Below the pieces are notes generated by a model. That model made no database searches. It was not told the DNA's origin and saw only the letters and a list, made by a program, of their open reading frames with translations. The position numbers and the translations under genes are program-made. A DNA stretch of 29,377 bases from a virus. Location of the stretch: IMG/VR virus record IMGVR_UViG_3300045988_091431. One strand, given 5' to 3'. Shown here in pieces: positions 1 to 7,744 of the stretch (positions are counted from its first letter, which is position 1; every line of letters starts with the position of its first letter).

Positions 1-139
1 CCCCGCAGGAATATCGGCGAAAGGCTCAATATCCTCAGGCTTCAAAATGATACCCATCAACACCACCCCCTGCACATAGTACACATTCGCTTATCTTATA
101 TCAGTTACCAGCCGGAGGATTAGGATCAGGCTTCGGGGC
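1..139. repeat. Terminal direct repeat of the contig (identical to 29239-29377). This is the circular-assembly overlap. Bases 1-84 are a partial second copy of the 5' end of the minus-strand head-tail connector gene
   Basis: Read directly: the first 139 nt recur verbatim at the window end, so the unique length is 29238 bp. Confidence 0.9.
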
Positions 140-1072
140 CGGAGGCTTCGGGGCAGCCTTCTTCTTCACAACAGCAAACGAATCAAGCGACTCGATAGCC
201 ACATACAGCACAGCCTCGGCACGAACCATAACCTCGTTATGGCCCTTCAGGTCACGGCCAGTCTGATCCGGATCACCATACTCGATGATCTCGATCGGGA
301 AGTTACGCTGGAAGCCCCAATGGACCGCAGAGAAATCACCCGCAATAGCCAAAACACCCGAGCCGCCATTAGCAATCTCCGGGGCGCCGGAAACAGTAGA
401 CGAGGCACCGACTTGCAGTCCACGCCAGCTATCAAGCCCGGAAAGGCCAGCATTCGGGTACATGGGCTGCCCGGCAAGCGGCGACCCCTTCGGATACACC
501 TCAGTAGACACGGCAAACGAAAACGCCGGATCCAAAGCAACCCCGTTAGGAACCTGCAAACCTGCAGCCGCAATCAGCCCTACCGCTTTAATCAGATCAG
601 CCGTAGCGCTATCGGTTGCATCAACAGTATTCTTCGTCTTATCCAGCGCAGTCTTAACCTGTGTAGCAGGCGACCCAGTGGCGGGATCAACACCATGGAA
701 AGCTATCAGGTCAACGGCGCGACCAATAGAAGCACCAAGAGCCGGAGAAATAAGATCCTGAAGAACACCAATACGGTAATCATTATCGGCCCACAGGAAC
801 TCATCCGAGACACGCTGCTGAGTCACAACCTTGATAGGCTGGGCCGTAAACCCAGAAATACTAACGCCGGCAGAAGGCTTCTTTTCATCCTCGCCCACAA
901 TCTTCGCACGGGGAACACCCGAGAAGGTTACCCCTTTAACCGGCCCGAAAATGGTCGGCTGCTCCGGCGAAAGCTTCGCCAAAACACCCGCATCGATAGC
1001 ACGATCCTTCACAATGCTCACAAAAGAGCCAGGAAGATCAATCTTTCCTGTATTAATTACATTGTCAGCCAT
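101..1072 (-). CDS. Major capsid protein (323 aa) with a proline-rich C-terminal tail (KKKAAPKPPAPKPDPNPPAGN)
   Basis: ATG start at 1072 preceded by GAGGAG 9 nt upstream. Long ORF immediately downstream of the scaffold gene in the canonical terminase-portal-scaffold-capsid order. Confidence 0.85.
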   Translation of the reverse strand: MADNVINTGKIDLPGSFVSIVKDRAIDAGVLAKLSPEQPTIFGPVKGVTFSGVPRAKIVGEDEKKPSAGVSISGFTAQPIKVVTQQRVSDEFLWADNDYRIGVLQDLISPALGASIGRAVDLIAFHGVDPATGSPATQVKTALDKTKNTVDATDSATADLIKAVGLIAAAGLQVPNGVALDPAFSFAVSTEVYPKGSPLAGQPMYPNAGLSGLDSWRGLQVGASSTVSGAPEIANGGSGVLAIAGDFSAVHWGFQRNFPIEIIEYGDPDQTGRDLKGHNEVMVRAEAVLYVAIESLDSFAVVKKKAAPKPPAPKPDPNPPAGN

Positions 1073-1078
1073 TTAAAT

Positions 1079-1630
1079 TCATCTCCTCGAATTCGTTACT
1101 AAAGCATCAGCAAAAGAAATGTTTTCTTGATGCTTTGCATCATTGACAGGGGTGCACCCTGCAAGACGACGAACACCATGCTCGCCGCGATCAATCAAAG
1201 CCTTCAAAGCCTTAGCAGACTCACCAATGGAATCCTCATCGCCACCCTGAAGGAAACCGATAGCCTCATCATCCAAACCATACTCGGATGCGATCTTGCG
1301 ACGCAGATTCTCTACCGTGAGAGCATTGAAACGCTCCTCCAACTCACTGTTACGCTGCCGCAACTCGTCGATAGCCGACTGCGACTCGCCACCCGTTTCA
1401 CGCAACTGCCTCAACTCTGCATAGTTGCTTTTAGCACGAGCCTCCCATTTACGGGCCTCAGCTTTCCAATCCGTGCCAGAAGAAGACTCCTCCTTCGAGG
1501 ACTCCTTTAGTGGCTCCCCTTTCGAAGCACCCTGCCCTTGTGGCTCTTCTTTCACGGTAGACTCTTCGACAACAGCCTCAACCTTTCCGGCCTCCTCGCT
1601 GCTGTTACCTATTTCACTTTGATCAACCAT
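1079..1630 (-). CDS. Capsid scaffolding protein (about 183 aa from the ATG at 1630; the ORF track's TTG at 1711 is less likely)
   Basis: Highly acidic, coiled-coil-like sequence (EE/KE-rich) between the MuF-like gene and the capsid gene. AAGGAG lies 10 nt upstream of the ATG at 1630. Confidence 0.7.
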   Translation of the reverse strand: MVDQSEIGNSSEEAGKVEAVVEESTVKEEPQGQGASKGEPLKESSKEESSSGTDWKAEARKWEARAKSNYAELRQLRETGGESQSAIDELRQRNSELEERFNALTVENLRRKIASEYGLDDEAIGFLQGGDEDSIGESAKALKALIDRGEHGVRRLAGCTPVNDAKHQENISFADALVTNSRR

Positions 1631-1738
1631 CTTGTTCTTTCTCCTTGCGGATAAACAACATTGACACTTTTTGTGGAGCACCCCTTGCGGAGACAACCAC
1701 AAAACCAACAACCCATGTGACTGCTGGAAAAACCATGT

Positions 1739-2503
1739 TTAGCGCATGTCAGAAATGTCACGCATCATCGCCAAAACGTTCACAGGCGACTCAGACAAAC
1801 CCTTCTCCGCGCACCGTTCACGAGCCTTCTGATATACGTCCATGTACCGCTGATCAGCCTTGGTGCGCTCCCACGGACCCACAACCTCAACCACCGTACA
1901 ACCACAATGATCATGATATCGGGCACCAACAGGCCGCTTGCCTTTACGACGATACCTACCAACATGCCCAGCAGAAATCGCCCGCTCCTTCGTGGTGTAA
2001 TCGTCACGAGTAGCCAACATGGCACAAAACGCGCACGGATCACCATCAGTCACCCTACGCCACGTCCGATGCTCCACACCAGCAGACCACTCAACCGTAT
2101 CCCGGGCCGCATTCATCACCGCACGCTCCATACCAGACGTCACGCTATTCACGATATGATTCGCATCATCCGGATTATCGCCCACTCTTTTCACAGCGAA
2201 CGCTGTACGGGCGAACGCGGCCTCCGGGGTGAAATCATCGACCACGATACGACCTACCTCAGCCCCACACATCCGCCGAAACTCGGACACAAAATCTACA
2301 GCCATCCCGGCAGAACCGTCATGGGCGGCACGCTCCAAAGCCACACACAAACGCATATACTGGCCATCAGTGATACGCCCAGCCTGCCACAAACGCCCCA
2401 GTTCGGTGTAGTATCCGGCGTATTTCCCAGCAAACCGGATCAAATCCTTTTGGAACGCCGCAGCGAACTCTCTAGTTTCAACCCCGGCAACCATACCAGT
2501 CAC
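1739..2503 (-). CDS. MuF-like minor head / head morphogenesis protein (254 aa)
   Basis: C-terminal PCAFC ... HDHCGC motif resembles the conserved H-x-x-C-x-C signature of the phage Mu F / SPP1 gp7 family. The gene sits directly after the portal with an ATGA overlap. Confidence 0.5.
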   Translation of the reverse strand: MTGMVAGVETREFAAAFQKDLIRFAGKYAGYYTELGRLWQAGRITDGQYMRLCVALERAAHDGSAGMAVDFVSEFRRMCGAEVGRIVVDDFTPEAAFARTAFAVKRVGDNPDDANHIVNSVTSGMERAVMNAARDTVEWSAGVEHRTWRRVTDGDPCAFCAMLATRDDYTTKERAISAGHVGRYRRKGKRPVGARYHDHCGCTVVEVVGPWERTKADQRYMDVYQKARERCAEKGLSESPVNVLAMMRDISDMR

Positions 2504-3819
2504 TCGCTAGTCTGCTTCGAAATAGCACCCGCCAGGGCCGCCAACGGATCCACCGATGTGGCACGATGATCCATCACCGCCTCAACCTGCGAATCATCCA
2601 AACCCAACATCTCCAAAACCGTGCGAGAATCCGCGGGAAGAATACCGGCACCAACCAGCTTCGTCACAGCATCAGCCGTAGCCGCCCGAGTTGGTGTGGA
2701 AGCATCACGCCAACGCAACCCCACATCACCGAAAAACTCTGCCCGATCAATACCCGGATCTAGCGCCTTAGCGGCTAGATACCCAGTAGACAGCCACCCA
2801 AGACCAAAAGAAGTCTGCCTCCGCTCGGCACGCTTAACCAGCCGAGACTCCTCAGCCGCAAGCGCCTCCCCCGACGGCGGATTCGATGTGATAAACCCGA
2901 AATAGCGTTCCGGCACCGCAGCCTCACCAGCCATCAACTGGGCCAGCAAACGAATCTGGTCACTATAAGGGGTAGGACTGTTAACTGGAAACGAACCCAC
3001 ATTCGGGGTGTCACCGTCATCATCCTTATCTACAGCCCAAATCGACGCCATAGACATCACCCAGCCAGGCTGCGAAAACTCGTCCGCCGAAACACCCGTC
3101 ACCCAACGCTGAGGGTAAGCGTAGAAATCTCGGTTCACAGACTGGCCCAACAATGTGCGCACAGCCTCATCCGTGTAAGAACGAATCGACCGGGTAATCT
3201 CCGAACGGCCATCAACCCGCGATGTGCGGCGCCGATTCACCAAAGGCACCAACGGCACCTCACCCAAAACATTCGGTATACGCCCAGCCTCTACCCAGCG
3301 GCCCCCCTGGCACACACACTGCACAATCACATCAGGAAGCAAAAGCTCCGCCTCTATAACGTCCTTATCCTTGGTGGGCTGCTCCACCAGAGCCGCCTCC
3401 AAGCGCTGCCCATCAGGACCAAAAACGCCGGTGCAATTCTTCGGCGACTGCGGGCGAACAACAACCCCACCCTCACCATCAGGAACCACCGCAATAAACG
3501 ACAACCCAAAAATCAGGGCATCAAGGTGCGCGTCACACGAAGTGGTAGCAAGCCGATTAGCCGCATACACGGCATCCAAACCATACTGGTCACCACCAGA
3601 CCATCCAAGCCAATCCAGACGCTCCTCCAAAGCATCCACCGCAATAGAAGGCCACGACACCACCGTCTGCACCCTTTGCAGCTCCCTAGGAATAGCAACC
3701 CCTAAATCGGCCACCCGGTGACTACCCTCATAGTAGCCCTCAATACGGCAATGCCACGAAGACAAGCCGCGAATCCGGTCATGCATACCCTCAATCAACG
3801 CCAACTCATCCGAGTTCAT
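2500..3819 (-). CDS. Portal protein (439 aa)
   Basis: Size and position immediately downstream of the large terminase. ATG overlaps the terL stop (ATGA). Confidence 0.8.
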   Translation of the reverse strand: MNSDELALIEGMHDRIRGLSSWHCRIEGYYEGSHRVADLGVAIPRELQRVQTVVSWPSIAVDALEERLDWLGWSGGDQYGLDAVYAANRLATTSCDAHLDALIFGLSFIAVVPDGEGGVVVRPQSPKNCTGVFGPDGQRLEAALVEQPTKDKDVIEAELLLPDVIVQCVCQGGRWVEAGRIPNVLGEVPLVPLVNRRRTSRVDGRSEITRSIRSYTDEAVRTLLGQSVNRDFYAYPQRWVTGVSADEFSQPGWVMSMASIWAVDKDDDGDTPNVGSFPVNSPTPYSDQIRLLAQLMAGEAAVPERYFGFITSNPPSGEALAAEESRLVKRAERRQTSFGLGWLSTGYLAAKALDPGIDRAEFFGDVGLRWRDASTPTRAATADAVTKLVGAGILPADSRTVLEMLGLDDSQVEAVMDHRATSVDPLAALAGAISKQTSE

Positions 3820-5327
3820 ACCACAGACACCCGCTTCCTACCAGACCGTTCACGCCGCCTAGCTTTCGCCATCTTCGCACCAAGATACGCCAACGACACA
3901 GCCTCCAACGGCACCTCACTGCCGTCCTTAAACGTCGAGCCCCAGCCCCACGCAGAGCCTTTCTTTTTCTGAACCGCCGACCTCACAGCAATATCCAACA
4001 TGTCACGCCTCGAATCGGCACGAGGATGAGAAACATTCCCAGACCTTACACCTTCCAGGAAGGCCTGACACGCCTCCACATACACCCCAGTATCAGCAAC
4101 CACCACGCCACGACCCGGAACACCACGATCCGTCAACGCCTTCTGCAACAACACCGCACCAGACCCGGCAACCATAATCTTTTCAGTGTCACCCCAACGA
4201 ACCGCCAACCAGTCAGCCAACCGGCCCACACCATCAACAATCGTTCCCGACAGCCCATCAATAACCTCAACATGAACCCCAGCATCAGTCCGGCCGGCAC
4301 CCGCCAACGCGACACGATCCCCAGAACGAGAAAACGAGACACCAAACACTTTACCGCCAACCAGAGCCGCCTCATCCACCGCAGACTGAGCCCACTTATC
4401 CGCAGGAATCACAGACGCAGCAGACTGGCCACGATCCCACCAGCCAAGCCGCTCCCGAGCAAACCCGGCAGCAGACATCGACTCATGCTCATCGCTCACG
4501 GTCCCAAAATTCAGACGACGACCCAACGCCGGATTAGTGTCACCCGCCAACTTCCGCCACTGCCGCGACACATCATCCGGATCAGACTCGTCAGGAATCG
4601 AAAACTCCGTCCACGCAAACCTTTTACCACCCGACAAAGCCTGCCCACGCAAACGCAACACCACAGACCCATCAGCCAACGGCCCCGGCGGCGTGCCAAG
4701 GAAAATCTGCTGCGGATCACCCGAAGGAGCCGCAGACACCGTAGGAAGCAAAGCCTCCAACTGCTCATCCGACAACTCCTGAGCCTCATCACACACCAAA
4801 TCATCAACAGTAAACCCGCGAGCAGAACCACGAGAACGGGCCACAAACTCCACCGAACCCCAACCCGGACAGCCACACTTCTTCTCAAACGTGGCACAAT
4901 CCGGGTGATGCAACACAATAGCCTCCTGGCCATTCGTCGCACGAATCGACTTCACCATACGATACAAGTCAGGAAACTGCCGCTCATTCTCAAAAAACGA
5001 CCTCAACCGCATAAACGCCTTACGAGCCGACTTCAACTCGTGAGCCGTATGCAAAATACGGCGACCCTGAATAGTCGCCTTAAACAACTCCACAATCTCC
5101 AAAATAGCGTTCTTGCCATTCTGGCGAGGCACAAACACCCCACACACACCCGAAGCAAGCCTGCCATTGCCACCGACAGCCAGCCAATCATCCAACACCT
5201 GCTGCTGCCACGGATCAGGCGTCAACCCATACGCACGACCCAACTCCCCAGCATCACCGCCAGCAGACACCGAATACGCCGCAGCCACACGATGACGAGG
5301 AACCTGAGAACCAACAACGCTCGACAT
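3816..5327 (-). CDS. Terminase large subunit (503 aa)
   Basis: ATPase motifs: Walker A-like VPRQNGKNAILE and Walker B-like LVCDEAQEL. C-terminal nuclease-sized domain. The terS stop and terL start overlap (TAATG). Confidence 0.9.
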   Translation of the reverse strand: MSSVVGSQVPRHRVAAAYSVSAGGDAGELGRAYGLTPDPWQQQVLDDWLAVGGNGRLASGVCGVFVPRQNGKNAILEIVELFKATIQGRRILHTAHELKSARKAFMRLRSFFENERQFPDLYRMVKSIRATNGQEAIVLHHPDCATFEKKCGCPGWGSVEFVARSRGSARGFTVDDLVCDEAQELSDEQLEALLPTVSAAPSGDPQQIFLGTPPGPLADGSVVLRLRGQALSGGKRFAWTEFSIPDESDPDDVSRQWRKLAGDTNPALGRRLNFGTVSDEHESMSAAGFARERLGWWDRGQSAASVIPADKWAQSAVDEAALVGGKVFGVSFSRSGDRVALAGAGRTDAGVHVEVIDGLSGTIVDGVGRLADWLAVRWGDTEKIMVAGSGAVLLQKALTDRGVPGRGVVVADTGVYVEACQAFLEGVRSGNVSHPRADSRRDMLDIAVRSAVQKKKGSAWGWGSTFKDGSEVPLEAVSLAYLGAKMAKARRRERSGRKRVSVV

Positions 5328-5635
5328 TAGGCCCCTTTACGCTTCCTATACCGGTCAATCATCGCCACCGCAGAACCCCCACCACGGCCACCAGACGCCA
5401 CATCAACCGAATACCGATCCAACATGCCCATAAAAGCCTTCACATGAGCACGAAGCGAAGCCACCAAATCCGCCCGGCCCTCACGCCACACACAATCATG
5501 AATCACCGCAGCATCCATGAGAAACAACCACTCCTCATCAGACACGTACTGCGCGCGACTATCCTCACCCCACACACGCCACCAACGACGCGTCTCCCCA
5601 CACCACTCACGACTATCAGGAAGCTCAGGCTGCAC
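5327..5635 (-). CDS. Terminase small subunit, start uncertain. The ORF track begins at a GTG at 5698, only 2 nt from the cos end. The most plausible start is the GTG at 5635 (GGTGGTGAG upstream; about 102 aa). The ATG at 5518 would give 63 aa
   Basis: Small basic-tailed ORF (C-terminus RYRKRKGA) between the cos site and terL. Its stop is translationally coupled to the terL ATG. Confidence 0.5.
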   Translation of the reverse strand: MQPELPDSREWCGETRRWWRVWGEDSRAQYVSDEEWLFLMDAAVIHDCVWREGRADLVASLRAHVKAFMGMLDRYSVDVASGGRGGGSAVAMIDRYRKRKGA

Positions 5636-5699
5636 AACACTCACCACCAACACAAAAAGTCGACAAACAGACAAAACCACAAAAGGGAGGTATTTCACT

Positions 5700-5710
5700 A
5701 AGCCGTACGA
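5700..5710. other. Cohesive-end (cos) site. AAGCCGTACGA on the plus strand is the complement of TCGTACGGCTT, which I recall as the 11-nt 3' single-stranded extension of C. acnes phages
   Basis: Exact 11-mer match. The minus strand immediately after it reads AGTGAAATACCTCCC..., matching my recollection of the left-end sequence. It lies directly upstream of terS. Confidence 0.6.
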
Positions 5711-5761
5711 GGTCTTGCACGCCTGTGCAGGGGGTGGTTCCCGTGGGGGTTGGCGGGTTTT

Positions 5762-6064
5762 TCACCATGGAATCAAGGTTTTTGTGGTTTGTTGTTGGAA
5801 TTTGATGTTTGGTTCGCTGCGATTGCCTTTGCTTCTGTTGCATGTTCTGCAGATGATTTGCCCGTTGTCGAGGGTGTTGAGTCCTCCCCTGCTGACGGGT
5901 GTGATGTGGTCGGCTTCGGGGCTGGTTGGAAGGTCGTGTGTGTTCCAGGTGATGGTGGCTCCGCAGAGTGGGCATTCGGTTTGGCCTTGTTGTCGGGCTT
6001 GGGTGATGAGCCTTGCCCGCCAGCGCCGGTGGGCTGATGATGCGGTGCGGTTGGTGTGTGCCAT
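5762..6064 (-). CDS. HNH endonuclease (100 aa)
   Basis: CPLCG ... DHITPVSRGG ... N-x-QIICRTCNRSKG: the two Cys pairs and H-N-N core of an HNH nuclease. ATG at 6064 with AGGAGA/AGGGGA upstream. Co-oriented with cos-terS-terL. Confidence 0.8.
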   Translation of the reverse strand: MAHTNRTASSAHRRWRARLITQARQQGQTECPLCGATITWNTHDLPTSPEADHITPVSRGGLNTLDNGQIICRTCNRSKGNRSEPNIKFQQQTTKTLIPW

Positions 6065-6254
6065 CGCGTCCCCTGATCTCCTATGGCCCCCGTGAGCCTC
6101 TCATTGCCTCTCTAAGGGCTTGGAATCGTCTGGGGGTAGGAATACTCTACCGGTGCCCTGCTATTCGATCCTAGGCCCTGTTTTGTTCGTTTGAGGGGGT
6201 GTTCTGTTTGTGCCGGGGTGTTTGTTTTCTCCACTACCCCCCTGGCATGTGAAA

Positions 6255-6283
6255 AATATCACATCGCCCCCCAGCTGTGTCAA
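6255..6283 (-). promoter_or_regulatory. Candidate sigma-70-type promoter on the minus strand, reading toward HNH, cos and the terminase genes. -35 TTGACA (6283-6278), 17-nt spacer, -10 GATATT (6260-6255)
   Basis: Perfect -35 hexamer and 4/6 -10 hexamer read from the reverse complement of 6255-6283. Confidence 0.3.
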
Positions 6284-6613
6284 AAGAAGAAGGACACGGA
6301 AGAAAAATGGGGGTGGATGGGTGTTCGCGTTTCACAGCTTAGCGCCTAGCGCCTAGCGTTAAAGGACACAGGCTAAGCGGGAACACCTTAAGGTTTTAAA
6401 GTCTTCTACATATAATATACACTTTAAGTCTTACCTCGTGTTAAGGGTTTAAGCGTGACACGCCGTACGCCTTCAGCCGAACACGCTAAGCCTGAAAGGG
6501 GCACGGGTGTAAGAGTGTGGGGAGTGTGCAACCGGGAGCGTGCGACCGGTGGTACACGAGTCACACGGTGAAAGCCCATCAGCGTTGACGGTAAAGGTTC
6601 CTCTTCTCCCCTG

Positions 6614-6668
6614 ATGAAGAAAAGAAGAGAAGAGAGAAAGAACCAAAGAGAGTAGAGAAGTAAAGAAG
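6614..6668 (+). repeat. 55-nt polypurine (AG) tract, preceded by the complementary CT-rich stretch TTCCTCTTCTCCCC (6596-6609)
   Basis: Read directly: atgaagaaaagaagagaagagagaaagaaccaaagagagtagagaagtaaagaag. Confidence 0.8.
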
Positions 6669-6890
6669 TTAACCCCTTAGCTCTTCTAAAACTTTTATAA
6701 CTTATAAGCTTTAAGACTTATAGGTTATAATATTAAAGTTTAAGACTGATGGTTAACTTTAAGTACTTAAGGTCTTTAAGGTCTTATAGTTATTTTAAGT
6801 TTTAAAGTCTTAAACACTGATGTTAAGTTTATATCCTTAAGTGCTTAGCCTTTAAGGTTTTATACTTAACTTAGGTGTTAAGGTCTTTAT

Positions 6891-6924
6891 ACTGATGCTG
6901 AGCCTTGAAGGGCTCAGTGCTAAG
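6891..6924. repeat. Hairpin element copy 1: CTGATG-ctgagcc-ttgaa-gggctcag-TGCTAAG
   Basis: 7-bp GC-rich inverted repeat, flanked by the same CTGATG and GTGCTAAG motifs as copies 2 and 3. Confidence 0.6.
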
Positions 6925-7001
6925 TGTGTAAGCCTTTAAGGTTATTAATTAACTTTAAGTGCTAAGCTCTTAAGTTTACTTAAAGTGTTTAAAGCTTTAA
7001 G

Positions 7002-7038
7002 ACTGATGCCGAGCCCTTGAGGGGGCTCGGTGCTAAGC
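7002..7038. repeat. Hairpin element copy 2: CTGATG-ccgagccc-ttgagg-gggctcgg-TGCTAAG
   Basis: 8-bp perfect GC-rich stem. 7003-7036 is near-identical to 7519-7552. Confidence 0.65.
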
Positions 7039-7519
7039 GTTAAGGTCTTAAGGGCTTAGCGCTAAGCCTTGAAGCTTTAAAGTCTTTGGTAGACTGATGG
7101 ATGTAAGGGTGAAAGCCGCGTCAGCGGATTTCGGCCTTGCGTCCAGCTGGCTACCTGTCCAGCCTATCATACCCCACCTGGGATGAGTCAAACTGGTGGA
7201 TTTGGCTCTATAGGCGGGTTTGAGGGGTGTAAACGGGTGTTTTTGGTAGTAAAGGTCCAAAAATTAAACCTAAACTTTTCCTTAAATTTTCTTAGAGTCT
7301 TGTAACCTTTGAGGGTGGTTAAGACTGAAACCCCTAGTCAGAACAGGTTTCACTCCCGGACAGCTCTCACACTGTACCCTTGTGTCCTTTCCGAACACGC
7401 TAGGCCCATCAGTGCTGATGGTCTTCCCTCAGGCTTTCGAGTACTCGTCGCTAGGGCTCCTCGTACTCTCAAGCCTTCCCTGATGGCGTGTACTCCTTTC
7501 AGGGCTGTGCCTGTTCGGG

Positions 7520-7555
7520 CTGATGCCGAGCCCTTGAGGGGGCTCGGTGCTAACT
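7520..7555. repeat. Hairpin element copy 3: CTGATG-ccgagccc-ttgagg-gggctcgg-TGCTAAC
   Basis: Same stem-loop as copy 2 located ~515 bp away, followed by further GTGCTAAG and CTGATG motifs (7561-7606). Confidence 0.65.
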
Positions 7556-7744
7556 GCTAAGACCATCGGTGCTAAGCGCTAAGACCTTAATGCTTGAAGG
7601 CTGATGCCCCCCTCTTTCTTTTACCGTGTCCTTCTTCCCCCTTAGTATCCCACACTGTCCACATAGTTGAGGCTTAGCTAACCAGGATAGGGGTTGATAA
7701 TCTATGCCGAGATGGCTGATCGTGTATCAGGCTGTGGGAGGCGT

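Larger units (their letters stand above)
6340..7110. repeat. Low-GC island dense in short iterated motifs (TTAAG, CTTTAAG, TTAAGAC/GTCTTAA, CTGATG, GTGCTAAG, GCGCCTAG tandem). Candidate origin, partition or binding-site array
   Basis: Read directly: very AT-rich stretch in an otherwise GC-rich genome, many short direct and inverted repeats, no credible ORF. Confidence 0.6.

Noticed and set aside
239-1102. 287-aa plus-strand ORF antisense to the major capsid gene
   Set aside because: Arg/Ser/Asn-rich low-complexity translation typical of the reverse strand of a GC-rich gene, no RBS, fully overlaps a strongly supported gene.
4026-5330. 434-aa plus-strand ORF antisense to the terminase large subunit
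   Set aside because: Arg/His/Thr/Pro-rich nonsense-like composition. Antisense to a gene with clear ATPase motifs.
5731-5765. G-rich block GGGGGTGGTTCCCGTGGGGGTTGGCGGGTTTTT as a plus-strand intrinsic terminator or G-quadruplex
   Set aside because: The stem is only about 4 bp and there is no plus-strand gene whose transcript it would end. Kept only as a possible cos-flanking (cosB-like) element under the cos finding.
5517-6095. 192-aa plus-strand ORF spanning the cos site and HNH region
   Set aside because: It would run across the physical genome end and antisense to both terS and the HNH gene. Composition is not protein-like.
6340-7110. Possibility that the repeat-dense island is a CRISPR array
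   Set aside because: The repeats are short (5-14 nt), irregularly spaced, of several different types and in both orientations. There is no constant-length repeat/spacer periodicity and no cas genes.
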